From an uncultured Eubacteriales bacterium (lineage in GTDB: Bacteria; Bacillota; Clostridia; Christensenellales; Aristaeellaceae): a stretch of DNA of 64,000 nucleotides. The position numbers were made by a program, and so were the translations under genes. Shown here piece after piece: positions 34,419 to 44,381 of the stretch (the first letter of the stretch is position 1; each line of letters opens with the position of its first letter). The notes beneath the pieces were generated by a model. It saw only the letters and a program-made list of their open reading frames with translations. It had not been told where the DNA came from and ran no database searches. The DNA lies in contig CACWLY010000002.1 in assembly GCA_902761825.1 (NCBI GenBank), positions 22,912-86,911 of the forward strand. The letters run 5' to 3'.

Positions 34419-35906
34419 TTACAGGCAGGATCGGAACGCTTTCAGCGCGCCCTCCGAGCGGATCGTTTTCAGTCCCTCGGCGACCTGTTCTTCAAAGCCG
34501 GGCAGTCCGGTCAGATCACGGCCCCACATATCGGTATTGGAAAGCACCGCGCGCGTCAGGTTTTCCGCGCTGTCGTCCCTGTGCGCCCAATAGAATTCAA
34601 GCGCCCAGCGGTCGTCGGATACGGTATATTCGTTGCCCTTCGGGCGGCGGCAGACCAGCCCTTTATCGGTCAAACGCTGAATATCGCTGGAATAGAACGC
34701 GATATACGCGGCCAGGCTCATGGTCAGGCAGGCGGGAAGCCGGCCGTTCAACTCCAGATAATCCAGCAGCGTGGGCATGTTGCGGGCGCGCCATTTTGAA
34801 GTGGAATTGAGCGAAATGCTCATCAGCTCGTGATTGACGAAGGGGTTGTTGAAACGGTCCTGCACGGCCGCGGCAAAATCCATCAGGTCCTTTTTATCCA
34901 GCGGCAGGGTGGGGATCACTTCTTCGTACAGCATTTTGTTCATGAAACCCAGCACGGTATCGTCGTGCATGCAGTCGCGCACGATATCGAAGCCCGCCAG
35001 GTACGCGCCGAGCACGAAGCCGGTATGCGCGCCGTTGAGGATGCGGACCTTGCGCTTTTTGTAGGGCGTCACGTCGGGAACGACCTCTACCGGCACGCCG
35101 GCCTTTTTGAAGGGCAGACGGTCTTCAAGCTCCGCGGGGCCTTCGATGGCCCAGAATCCGAACACTTCGCCCACGTCGGTCAGCGGATCGTCGTAGCCGT
35201 TGGCGGCGGCCAGCGATTTCACCTCTTCGGGATCGCGGATGCGGCCGGGAACAATGCGGTCCACCAGCGTGGAGCAGAAGATGTTCTTTTCGTTCACCCA
35301 CGCGCGGAAGCCGTCCTCGAGCTTCCAGTCGTCGATGTACTGGTTGACGCACCGGAGCAATTCCTTGCCGTTGTTGTCGATCAGCTCGCAGGACAGGATG
35401 ATCAGCCCGGGCAGGCCGGCCGCGTACCGTTCAAAGAGCGCGCGGGTCAGCTTGGCGGGGAAGCTGACGGGAGGCTCCTGGTCGAATCCGCTTTCGCTTT
35501 CGTGCACGATGCCGGCTTCCGTGGTGTTCGATACCACGATTTCCAGATCAGGGCTTTTGGCCAGCTCCAGCACCTTGTGCCATTCGCCGTAGGGATTGAG
35601 ACAGCGGCTTACGCAGGAGATCACGCGCTTGTCGTCCACCTTCCTGCCTTTTTCGCTGCCGCGCAGGTACAGGGTGTATAACCCTTCCTGGGCGTTGATC
35701 AGCTCGGTCAGGCCCTGGGCGATCGGCTGCACGAGCGCCACTTTTCCGTTGAATCCCGCTTTTTCGTTGGCAATGTCAAAAAAGTCGTCCACAAAAGCGC
35801 GCAGGAAATTGCCCTCGCCGAACTGCATCACCTTTTCGGGAGCGTTCCGCAGGGTGTATCCTTCGTAGCCGGAACGGTTCAAAACCTCATAATTGAGCTG
35901 AGCCAT
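34419..35906 (-). CDS. uxaB: Tagaturonate reductase (altronate oxidoreductase)
   Basis: Mannitol dehydrogenase family (VMQFGEGNFLRAF). The ATG at 35906 has correct SD spacing. The ATG at 35915 abuts the SD. Confidence 0.88.
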   Translation of the reverse strand: MAQLNYEVLNRSGYEGYTLRNAPEKVMQFGEGNFLRAFVDDFFDIANEKAGFNGKVALVQPIAQGLTELINAQEGLYTLYLRGSEKGRKVDDKRVISCVSRCLNPYGEWHKVLELAKSPDLEIVVSNTTEAGIVHESESGFDQEPPVSFPAKLTRALFERYAAGLPGLIILSCELIDNNGKELLRCVNQYIDDWKLEDGFRAWVNEKNIFCSTLVDRIVPGRIRDPEEVKSLAAANGYDDPLTDVGEVFGFWAIEGPAELEDRLPFKKAGVPVEVVPDVTPYKKRKVRILNGAHTGFVLGAYLAGFDIVRDCMHDDTVLGFMNKMLYEEVIPTLPLDKKDLMDFAAAVQDRFNNPFVNHELMSISLNSTSKWRARNMPTLLDYLELNGRLPACLTMSLAAYIAFYSSDIQRLTDKGLVCRRPKGNEYTVSDDRWALEFYWAHRDDSAENLTRAVLSNTDMWGRDLTGLPGFEEQVAEGLKTIRSEGALKAFRSCL

Positions 35907-35988
35907 CGCTGTCATCCTCCGTATATTTTGTTGTCATCAGCATACAACTTTTTCCCTTGTTCGTCAACCGAAAAAGCGCCTTGTTTCC

Positions 35989-36017
35989 TTTACAATTACC
36001 GGAAAATCTGATATGCT
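35989..36017 (+). promoter_or_regulatory. Putative promoter of the pectinesterase-kduD operon (TTTACA, 17-nt spacer, TATGCT)
   Basis: Sequence match within the 135-bp divergent intergenic region. Confidence 0.45.
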
Positions 36018-36050
36018 GAATAAAAATAGAGCGCATCGGGAGGACGGAAT

Positions 36051-37049
36051 ATGTACATCGTATCGCAGGACGGAAGCGGGGACTGGAAGTCTGTTCAGCA
36101 GGCGATCGATCACGCGCCGACGGGCAGCGCGATTCTGATCAGGGCCGGGATTTACCGGGAACGGGTCATCGTATATAAAGACGGATTGCGCCTGATCGGG
36201 GAAAGCCGGGAGGACACGGTCGTCACCTTTTCCGCCTGCGCCAAGGACCTTTCGGCGGACGGCGTTCCCAGAGGGACTTTCCTTTCCTTCACCCTGCTCG
36301 TGACCGGAAGGAATGTGACCGTTGAAAACCTGACGGTCCGCAACGACGCAGGCGACGGCGAAAAAGCGGGACAGGCGGTCGCGGTTTACGCGGCGGGAGA
36401 CCGCTGCGCATGGAAAAACTGCCGCCTGATCGCGCATCAGGATACGCTGTTCTGCGGCCCGCTGATGCCCAAGGTACAGGCCGATATCGCCCCTTACGAC
36501 GGCGGAAGCGCCGAATGCGTGGAGAGCGTGGGGGACTGCCCGACGACCCGCAGCCGCGTATACTTCGAGGATTGCTTCATCCGGGGGGACGTCGATTTTA
36601 TTTTCGGTCCCTACCGCTGCTGGTTTGAGCGCTGCACGCTGTTCATGAACGCGCGCGGCGGATGGTATACGGCGGCCAATACGCCGGAGGAGCAGCCCTA
36701 CGGCCTGGTGTTCCATGCGTGCAGGCTGACGGGCGACTGCGAAGAGGGAAAGGCTCTGCTCGGGCGTCCCTGGCGGCGTTTCGCCCGCACGGTTTTTCTG
36801 GCCTGCGATATGGACGCGCACGTATCGCCCAGCGGCTTTGCCGATTGGGACGAAACGCGAAAGGTCACCGAACGGTACGCGGAATGGAATACGTCGAACG
36901 TCCGCTCTGATCTGAGCGCCCGGCATCCGGCGCAGAAACGCCTGACCGACGCCGAAGCGGAAGCGATCAGCATGTCCGCCGTCATCGGCGGCGGCGACGG
37001 ATGGAACCCCGCTGCGACCAATATGGACAAAACGGATACGCCGCATTGA
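36051..37049 (+). CDS. Pectinesterase (CE8), no signal peptide
   Basis: CE8 motifs (QAVAV, HQDTLF, GDVDFIFG, LGRPW). Confidence 0.9.
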   Translation: MYIVSQDGSGDWKSVQQAIDHAPTGSAILIRAGIYRERVIVYKDGLRLIGESREDTVVTFSACAKDLSADGVPRGTFLSFTLLVTGRNVTVENLTVRNDAGDGEKAGQAVAVYAAGDRCAWKNCRLIAHQDTLFCGPLMPKVQADIAPYDGGSAECVESVGDCPTTRSRVYFEDCFIRGDVDFIFGPYRCWFERCTLFMNARGGWYTAANTPEEQPYGLVFHACRLTGDCEEGKALLGRPWRRFARTVFLACDMDAHVSPSGFADWDETRKVTERYAEWNTSNVRSDLSARHPAQKRLTDAEAEAISMSAVIGGGDGWNPAATNMDKTDTPH

Positions 37050-37169
37050 AAAAGACGCACAGTTTCAGCAAATATCTTGACATCGCCCATGGGCAGACTG
37101 TATCATGAAACTGCAAAAAGCGGGGGTCGGCTTTTTCATCGGGCAGACCCCGGCAAGGAGGCCTTTGAC

Positions 37170-37676
37170 ATGGAATATGTCATGGCGAACGAACAATACC
37201 TGAAGCAGATGCGTGCCCAATTCGATCTGCTGGACGAGGACGAGCAGGCTGCGCCGGAAAACCTGTACCTGTATCAGCCCATGCGGGCGGAATACGACGC
37301 GCGCTTCGGCGGGCGGAAGGAACACCGCGCGATCGCCACGCTGTTCCGGCGCGCGCGGGAAAAGCTGGGCGATGAAGGGATAACCGACGGCTATTATATG
37401 ATGGCGCTCGCCGATACGCTGGAAAGGATGGACAAGCAGCTCTACGAGCATTATCGCGCGCTGGAGGATCTTCTGCTGGAGGCCGCGCGGAAAGCCGTTT
37501 GCTCTCCCGGCGTTCAGGCGCAGTACGCGCTGATGAAGGCGGTCCGCCTGAATCTGCTGGATCCCGAAAAATATCTGCCGGCGGTTCGCGCGGCGTTTGA
37601 AAAGACGCGGTGTACGCCCGGGACGGCCGATTTTTATCGGCTCGCGCAGGAGGAATACCGGAGGTCGGCGCTATGA
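37170..37676 (+). CDS. Short GH105 (YteR/YesR-like) related ORF, probably a truncated remnant
   Basis: 168 aa behind AAGGAGG. The segment GYYMMALADTLERM and the C-terminal YALMKAVRLNLLD resemble the central part of unsaturated rhamnogalacturonyl hydrolases, as recalled from memory. The N-terminal catalytic region is absent. Confidence 0.45.
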   Translation: MEYVMANEQYLKQMRAQFDLLDEDEQAAPENLYLYQPMRAEYDARFGGRKEHRAIATLFRRAREKLGDEGITDGYYMMALADTLERMDKQLYEHYRALEDLLLEAARKAVCSPGVQAQYALMKAVRLNLLDPEKYLPAVRAAFEKTRCTPGTADFYRLAQEEYRRSAL

Positions 37677-39226
37677 AATGCCTGTTTGTTTCGGCGCGGA
37701 GCTGCGCGATGCTGCTCGATCCGGAGGGCGATTATTATGCCCGCGAGCCGCGGGAGCTGCTGCTGAACGGCGCATCCATTGGGGTTGAGAAACGCTCGGT
37801 TTCCTCGCTGTTCGGGCTTTGGCCGGATACGGAATACACGCTGGTATCGCGCCTGAAGGACGGCACGGAAGAGCAAATGTCCTTCCGGACCGAAAAAGAG
37901 GTTTGCACCCTCGACGTCCGGCGCTTCGGCGCGGCGGGCGACGGTGAACACGACGATACGCCGATGCTGCAGGCGGCCATCCTCGCTTGCCCCGAAGGCG
38001 GCCGCGTGCTGATCCCGGCGGGCACATACCGGACGGGACCGCTGTTTCTGAAAAGCCATATGACCCTGGAACTGAAAAAAGGCACTGTGCTCGCGCTGAA
38101 AACAGAACGCGAAGCCTTTCCGATCCTGCCCGGCGTGACCCGCACGACGGACGAAGCGGGCGAATACCTGCTGGGAAGCTGGGAAGGCAATCCGCTCGAT
38201 TGCTTTGCGGCGGCGCTGACCGGCATCGGGATCACGGATGTGCGAATCATCGGGGAAGGCGTGATCGACGGATGCGCCCAGAAGGGCGATTGGTGGATTG
38301 ATCCCAAGCGGATGCGCATCGCGTACAGGGGACGGCTGCTCTATCTCCGCGACTGCAGCGACGTCGCCGTACAGGGCGTCACCTTCCGCAACAGCCCGTC
38401 CTGGAATCTGCATCCCACCTTCAGCCGGAATCTGAGCTTCCTGAACGTGCGCGTCGAAGCGCCCGCCGTCAGCCCGAATACCGACGGCTTCGATCCGGAA
38501 AGCTGCAGCGGCGTTCGCGTGCTGGGAACCGAGTTTTCGGTGGGGGACGACTGCATCGCGATCAAATCCGGGAAAATCTATATGGGCAGCGCCTATCACG
38601 TTCCCTGCGAGCATGTGGAAATCGCGTGGTGCGCCATGCTGGACGGCCACGGCGGCGTGACGGTCGGCAGCGAAATGTCTGGCGGGGTGCGCCACGTGCG
38701 GGTGCATCACTGCTATATGCGCGGCAACGACCGGGGCTTGCGGATCAAGACCCGCCGCGGACGCGGCAAATACGCCGTGATCGACGATATCCGCTTTGAA
38801 AACGTGCGCATGGAAGGCGTAAAGACGCCGCTGGTCGTCAACTGCCTGTACTGCTGCGATCCCGACGGGCATACGCCCTATGTCCAGAGCCGCGAAAAGC
38901 AGCCGGTGGACGACGGAACGCCGACGGTTGGCGAAATCTGCTTTGAAAAGGTGCGCGCCACGGACTGCCAGGGCTGCGCGGGCTACGTGCTCGGCCTGCC
39001 CGAAAGGCCGGTAGGGCATGTGATCCTGCGGGACTGCGATTTTGCTTTTGCCCGGGACGCGCGGCCCATGCGCCCGGCGATGGCGGACAGCGCGGAGGAA
39101 TGCTGCCGCAGCGGGCTGATCCTGTATTATGTGGATCGCGCGACGCTCGAGCGCGTGCGCATGGAAGGCATCGAAGGACAGCGGCTGACCGCCGCTTCGG
39201 TCAATACAATCAACGATCAACAATAA
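37673..39226 (+). CDS. GH28 exo-polygalacturonase-like, no signal peptide
   Basis: ATGA overlap with the previous ORF. GH28 motifs NTDGFD, GDDCIAIKSG, GHGGVTVGSE, RIKT. Confidence 0.88.
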   Translation: MKCLFVSARSCAMLLDPEGDYYAREPRELLLNGASIGVEKRSVSSLFGLWPDTEYTLVSRLKDGTEEQMSFRTEKEVCTLDVRRFGAAGDGEHDDTPMLQAAILACPEGGRVLIPAGTYRTGPLFLKSHMTLELKKGTVLALKTEREAFPILPGVTRTTDEAGEYLLGSWEGNPLDCFAAALTGIGITDVRIIGEGVIDGCAQKGDWWIDPKRMRIAYRGRLLYLRDCSDVAVQGVTFRNSPSWNLHPTFSRNLSFLNVRVEAPAVSPNTDGFDPESCSGVRVLGTEFSVGDDCIAIKSGKIYMGSAYHVPCEHVEIAWCAMLDGHGGVTVGSEMSGGVRHVRVHHCYMRGNDRGLRIKTRRGRGKYAVIDDIRFENVRMEGVKTPLVVNCLYCCDPDGHTPYVQSREKQPVDDGTPTVGEICFEKVRATDCQGCAGYVLGLPERPVGHVILRDCDFAFARDARPMRPAMADSAEECCRSGLILYYVDRATLERVRMEGIEGQRLTAASVNTINDQQ

Positions 39227-39239
39227 GGAGGAGCGCAAC

Positions 39240-40082
39240 ATGGATATCCGTTACAGCTGCAACCAGCGCGATTTCAAGCGCTATACCACCGAGGAGACCC
39301 GCAGGGAATTCCTGATCGAAAACCTGTTCACGGAAAATACCGTGCAGGCCGTGTACAGCCATGTGGACCGCATGGTCACCCTGGGCGTCATGCCGGTGGG
39401 CGAAAAGGTGAGCATCGACAAGGGCATCGATATCTGGCATAATTTCGGCACCGAATACTTCCTGGAGCGCCGCGAGTGCGGCATGTTCAACGTGGGCGGC
39501 GCGGGCCGCGTCATCGTGGACGGCGTCGTATACACCCTCGAGTACAAGGACTGCCTGTATATCACCAAAGGCGCGAAGGAAGTGCTCTTTGAGAGCGAGG
39601 ACGCCGCAAAGCCCGCCAAATTCTATATCGTATCCGCGCCCGCGCATTGCAGCTATGAAAACAAACTGATCAAGATCGCCGACGCCGCCAAGAAGCCCCT
39701 GGGCGCGCTGGAGACCAGCAATAAGCGCGTGATCAATCAGTTCATTCATCCTTCCGTGCTCAAGACCTGTCAGCTTTCCATGGGCATGACGGTGCTGGAG
39801 CCCGGCTCCGTATGGAACACCATGCCCGCTCACACCCACGAGCGCCGCATGGAGGTGTATTTCTATTTTGAAGTGCCCGAAAACAACGTGGTATTCCATA
39901 TGATGGGCGAGGGCCAGGAGACGCGGCATATCGTGATGCAGAACGAACAGGCCGTCATTTCTCCTTCCTGGAGCATCCATGCGGGCGCCGGAACCAGCAA
40001 CTACACCTTCATCTGGGCCATGGGCGGCGAAAACCAGGCCTTCGATGATATGGACACCATCCCCACCACCGAACTGCGCTAA
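39240..40082 (+). CDS. kduI: 5-dehydro-4-deoxy-D-glucuronate isomerase
   Basis: N-terminus MDIRYS..., cupin His ligands (MPAHTHERRMEVYFYF), 280 aa. Confidence 0.92.
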   Translation: MDIRYSCNQRDFKRYTTEETRREFLIENLFTENTVQAVYSHVDRMVTLGVMPVGEKVSIDKGIDIWHNFGTEYFLERRECGMFNVGGAGRVIVDGVVYTLEYKDCLYITKGAKEVLFESEDAAKPAKFYIVSAPAHCSYENKLIKIADAAKKPLGALETSNKRVINQFIHPSVLKTCQLSMGMTVLEPGSVWNTMPAHTHERRMEVYFYFEVPENNVVFHMMGEGQETRHIVMQNEQAVISPSWSIHAGAGTSNYTFIWAMGGENQAFDDMDTIPTTELR

Positions 40083-40096
40083 GGAGGAAGAACGCA

Positions 40097-40894
40097 ATGG
40101 ATATGAACGCTTTCAGCCTGAAGGGCAAAATCGCCTGGATTACCGGCGCTTCCTATGGCATCGGCTTCGCCATCGCCGAGGCCTACGCTGCCGCGGGCGC
40201 GACCATCGTGTTCAATGACATCAACCGGGAGCTGGTCGATAAGGGACTGGCCGCCTATGCGGAAAAAGGCATCAAAGCCCACGGCTATGTGTGCGACGTG
40301 ACCAATGAGGAGGCCGTGCAGGCGCTGGTCGCCCAGATCGAAAAGGAAGTGGGCGCGGTCGATATCCTGGTCAACAACGCCGGCATCATCCGCAGAATCC
40401 CCATGATCGAAATGAGCGCCGCCGAGTTCCGCAAGGTGATCGACGTGGACCTGAACGCGCCGTTCATCTGCTCCAAGGCGGTCATTCCCGCGATGATCAA
40501 AAAGGGACACGGCAAGATCATCAATATCTGCTCCATGATGAGCGAACTGGGCCGCGAGACCGTTTCCGCCTACGCGGCGGCCAAGGGCGGTCTTAAAATG
40601 CTGACCCGAAACATCTGCTCCGAGTACGGCGAAGCCAATATCCAGTGCAACGGCATCGGCCCCGGCTACATCGCCACGCCGCAGACCGCGCCGCTGCGCG
40701 AGCGCCAGCCCGACGGCAGCCGACATCCCTTCGATCAGTTCATCGTATCGAAAACGCCCGCCGCGCGCTGGGGAACGCCCGAGGATCTGCAGGGCCCCGC
40801 CGTGTTCCTGGCTTCCGACGCCAGCAACTTTGTCAACGGCCATATCCTCTATGTCGACGGCGGCATCCTGGCTTATATCGGCAAGCAGCCGTAA
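40097..40894 (+). CDS. kduD: 2-dehydro-3-deoxy-D-gluconate 5-dehydrogenase (SDR)
   Basis: TGASYGIG, NNAG and YAAAKGG motifs. Position directly after kduI. Confidence 0.88.
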   Translation: MDMNAFSLKGKIAWITGASYGIGFAIAEAYAAAGATIVFNDINRELVDKGLAAYAEKGIKAHGYVCDVTNEEAVQALVAQIEKEVGAVDILVNNAGIIRRIPMIEMSAAEFRKVIDVDLNAPFICSKAVIPAMIKKGHGKIINICSMMSELGRETVSAYAAAKGGLKMLTRNICSEYGEANIQCNGIGPGYIATPQTAPLRERQPDGSRHPFDQFIVSKTPAARWGTPEDLQGPAVFLASDASNFVNGHILYVDGGILAYIGKQP

Positions 40895-40903
40895 TATCAA
40901 CGA

Positions 40904-40935
40904 TAAGGGCCGTTCTGCATGGAACCGCCCTTTTT
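40904..40935 (+). terminator. Intrinsic terminator after kduD
   Basis: AAGGGCCGTTC-loop-GAACCGCCCTT followed by TTTTT. Confidence 0.8.
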
Positions 40936-40950
40936 TAAGAAGGTGGAAAA

Positions 40951-42087
40951 GTGAACTTTACAAAAGTGACTCAATACATGGATTCGCTGGTCAGCGAAAT
41001 CGGCATTCCCAGCGTGGATATGATCGTTTACAGGGATCATCGGGAACTGTACCGTCATATGGCCGGACATAAGGACGTGGAAAAAAAGATCGCGCTACGC
41101 GGCGATGAAACCTATAATCTGTATTCCGCCACCAAGGTGATCACCACCTGCGCGGTCATGCAGCTGGTTGAACAGGGCAAGATCAACCTGGACGATCCTG
41201 TCGCCGCGTATATTCCCGCGTTCGCGCAGATGAACGTGAAGGACGGCGACGGCGTGCGTCCCGCCCGGCGCGTCATGACGATCCGCCATCTGATGAGCAT
41301 GCAGAGCGGCCTGAACTACGACGGCGATACGCCCGTGATACGGAAGCTGCTGGAAGAAAAAAAGAACATGGTCAGCACCCGCGAACTGGTGGAGGCCAAA
41401 GCGAAGGATCCCCTGGAGTTTGAGCCCGGCACCAATTTCCTCTACAGCCTGAGCCATGATGTGCTTGCGGTGGTGGTCGAGACCGTTTCGGGCATGAAGT
41501 TCTCGGAATACCTGACGAAGCATATTTTTGATCCGCTGGGAATGAGCACGATCGGGTTTGCGCTCAGGGAAAAGGACTGGGACCGCCAGTGCGCCCAGTA
41601 CGTGTACAACGGGGAAACCAAAGCCTTCGATCCCATGCCCGCCCACGATCTATCCTACCGCTATACGCCGCTCTATGAAAGCGGCGGCGCTGGCCTGATC
41701 AGCGATGTGAAGGATTACATCACCTTTGCGGACGCCATTGCCTGCGGCGGCGTATCGAAAGACGGAAAGCGCATCATTTCGCCCGAGATGATCCAGCTGT
41801 GGCGCGCCAACCAGCTGGGACCGGAAAGCAGAAAATCCTTTGACGCCTGGAACCGCAGGGGATATTCCTACGCGCTGGGCGTGCGGACGCGCGTGGATAA
41901 CAGCATCGGCGGCCGCGGCTCCGTCGGGGAGTTCGGCTGGGACGGCGCGGCCTGCGCGTACACCGCGATCGATCCGCATACCCACCTGTCCATTTTCTTC
42001 GCCATGCATGTGCGCAACTTCGGCTACTGCTACGATACGATCCATCCTGCGCTGAGAGATCTTGTATACGGCGCGCTGGAGGAGTAA
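40951..42087 (+). CDS. Serine hydrolase (beta-lactamase/esterase family)
   Basis: GTG start after GGTGGAAAA. S-x-x-K motif YSATKV and a later YS-type motif. Confidence 0.8.
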   Translation: MNFTKVTQYMDSLVSEIGIPSVDMIVYRDHRELYRHMAGHKDVEKKIALRGDETYNLYSATKVITTCAVMQLVEQGKINLDDPVAAYIPAFAQMNVKDGDGVRPARRVMTIRHLMSMQSGLNYDGDTPVIRKLLEEKKNMVSTRELVEAKAKDPLEFEPGTNFLYSLSHDVLAVVVETVSGMKFSEYLTKHIFDPLGMSTIGFALREKDWDRQCAQYVYNGETKAFDPMPAHDLSYRYTPLYESGGAGLISDVKDYITFADAIACGGVSKDGKRIISPEMIQLWRANQLGPESRKSFDAWNRRGYSYALGVRTRVDNSIGGRGSVGEFGWDGAACAYTAIDPHTHLSIFFAMHVRNFGYCYDTIHPALRDLVYGALEE

Positions 42088-42123
42088 TACCGCGCATCAT
42101 CCCCATATTTTCCCAAGCAAATC

Positions 42124-42157
42124 AAAAACGGAGCGTTCGTGAGAACGTCTCCGTTTT
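42124..42157. terminator. Bidirectional terminator between the convergent genes
   Basis: AAAAACGGAGCGTTC-GTGA-GAACGTCTCCGTTTT. Confidence 0.75.
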
Positions 42158-42192
42158 GCATAAGGCCGTATGGAACGGCGGATACGGCGTTT

Positions 42193-44184
42193 TTATTTGC
42201 CAAGAAGATCGGTGGGGCAGAGCACGGTGGCCGTGCGCGCGGGCAGATACAGGCGTACGCTGTGCTTGCCCTCTTCGTCGGTCAGGCAGGGAACGGCGGG
42301 ATCGCGCGCTACGCGGCCGAAGCCGTTATAGCGGTAATCGTCGCTGCTGAAAAGCACCTGATAGTCGGCGGCGCTGCTGACGGGGATGCTGTAATCGGTA
42401 TAGCTGCGGTTGGGGGAGAAATTGAACACGAACAGCAGTCCGCCGCGCTCGAAGGCGATCGTATGATCGTCTTCATGGATCCAGTTCAGGGTAGGCCATT
42501 CCTGATCGAAGATATGGTAGAATTTGGCGGTCTTGATCATATCCTCGTCAAAATCGTTGAGGCAGTGGAATTTGAGGTTGGGATTATGCAGCAGGCTCCA
42601 CTGGCGGCGGCAGTATTTGAAGCTGTTGCCGTTGCCGGGGCGGGGAAAATCGATCCATTCCGGGTGGCCGAACTCATTGCCCATGAAGGTCAGATACCCG
42701 CTGCCGCCGGCGGCCATGGTGAGCAGCCTGGTCATTTTATGCAGCGCGATGGCGCGGTCGATGACCTGCGTGTGGCAGTCCAGATTCATCTGATCGTACA
42801 TGGCGGCGTCCGCGAAGCGGAAGATCATGGTTTTATCGCCCACGAGCGCCTGATCGTGGCTTTCCACATAGGCGACGGTCTTTGCGTTGCGGAAGGTCAG
42901 CTCCTTCCAGAGCATGCCGAGGTTCCAGTCCTCGTCTTTCCAATCCTTGGCCAGCTTGATCCAGATATCGGGGATGCCCATGCCGAGACGGAAATCAAAG
43001 CCGATGCCGCCCTCTTCCACCGGCTCGCACATGCCGGGCATTCCGCTCATGTCCTCGGCGATGGTGATCGCTTTGGGATTGACCTGCCGGATCAGCTCGT
43101 TTGCCAATTGCAGGTAGGTGACCGATTCCACGTCGGTGTTCATGGTGAAATACATATCGAGGCTGCTGAAATTGGTGCCCAGGCCGTGATCCAGGTACAG
43201 CATGGAGGTCACGCCGTCGAAGCGGAACCCGTCGAAATGGTATTCCTCCATCCAGAATTTCAGGTTGCTCAGCAGGAAGTGAATGACTTCGGGCTTGTCA
43301 TAATTGAAGCATTTGGTTCCCCAGGCGGGATGATCGCCCCGGCCGCCCGCGTGGAAGAACTGATAATCGGTGCCGTCAAACAGGTTCAGGCCTTCCAGCG
43401 TATTGCCTACGGCATGGGAATGCACCACGTCCAGCAGCACGCGGATGCCCATTTCATGCGCTTTGTTGACCAGGTATTTCAGATCCTCCGGCATGCCGAA
43501 GCGGCTGGAAGCGGCGAAGAAATTGCTGACCTGATAGCCGAAGGAGCCGTAGAAGGGATGCTCCATGATGGCCATCAGCTGGATGGTGTTGTATCCGAGC
43601 TCCTGCACGTGCGGCAGGACGCTGTCGGCGAAATCGCGGTAAGTGGCGATGCGGCTGTCCTCGCTGCACATGCCCACGTGCGCTTCGTAAATCAGCGGCG
43701 GCTCGTCGCAGGCAAACTCGGCGTCGGTCCAGGGATAAGGCGTCAAATCGTCCCAGACCTCGCAGCACCAGCTGCCGTTGCTCCAGTCCTGGGTGACGCG
43801 GCGGGCATAGGTGGGGATGTGCTGCGTCAGGTGGTCGCCGTTTTTGACGATCGTGATCACCTTGCTTCCCAGGTGAAGCGTATCGCCGGGCAGCGTGACC
43901 TCCCAGTTGCCGTTCTCCAGCCTGGTCAGCGGCGTGTCCAGCCAGTGCCAGCTGTTGAAATCGCCGGCCAAATACAGCTGATCGGCGCCGGGCGCCCATT
44001 CGCGGTAAACCCAGCCATCCTTTACCTTATGAAAGCCGTACCATTCATGGCCGTTTGCAAAGTCGATCAGCTTTTTTCCGCGCTTCAGCAGCTGCTTTTT
44101 CTTGGCCTTGTAACGGTCCATGCGCAGATTGAAATCGCTTTCAAAGGGCTGCAGCTCGGGATGCTTTTTGAGAATTTTGTACAT
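42193..44184 (-). CDS. glgB: 1,4-alpha-glucan branching enzyme (GH13)
   Basis: GH13 conserved regions (DVVHSH, GFRFDGVTSM, IAEDMSG, YVESHD). Confidence 0.92.
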   Translation of the reverse strand: MYKILKKHPELQPFESDFNLRMDRYKAKKKQLLKRGKKLIDFANGHEWYGFHKVKDGWVYREWAPGADQLYLAGDFNSWHWLDTPLTRLENGNWEVTLPGDTLHLGSKVITIVKNGDHLTQHIPTYARRVTQDWSNGSWCCEVWDDLTPYPWTDAEFACDEPPLIYEAHVGMCSEDSRIATYRDFADSVLPHVQELGYNTIQLMAIMEHPFYGSFGYQVSNFFAASSRFGMPEDLKYLVNKAHEMGIRVLLDVVHSHAVGNTLEGLNLFDGTDYQFFHAGGRGDHPAWGTKCFNYDKPEVIHFLLSNLKFWMEEYHFDGFRFDGVTSMLYLDHGLGTNFSSLDMYFTMNTDVESVTYLQLANELIRQVNPKAITIAEDMSGMPGMCEPVEEGGIGFDFRLGMGIPDIWIKLAKDWKDEDWNLGMLWKELTFRNAKTVAYVESHDQALVGDKTMIFRFADAAMYDQMNLDCHTQVIDRAIALHKMTRLLTMAAGGSGYLTFMGNEFGHPEWIDFPRPGNGNSFKYCRRQWSLLHNPNLKFHCLNDFDEDMIKTAKFYHIFDQEWPTLNWIHEDDHTIAFERGGLLFVFNFSPNRSYTDYSIPVSSAADYQVLFSSDDYRYNGFGRVARDPAVPCLTDEEGKHSVRLYLPARTATVLCPTDLLGK

Positions 44185-44381
44185 ATGGTTTTCCTCCGTT
44201 TGTTTAATCGCGTTTCCTCGGGCGGATTGATCCTTCGTATACTGTCTTTATTATACCATAATTCGGAAACTGCGCAAGCGGAGAAATTGTTTTTATCGGC
44301 GCGCGGTCACGCCGGTCTTTGCAGGAAAATGCAAATCCCCCTCGAATGTTATTCAGTAATCTGTAAATCACGGAGGTCTCC

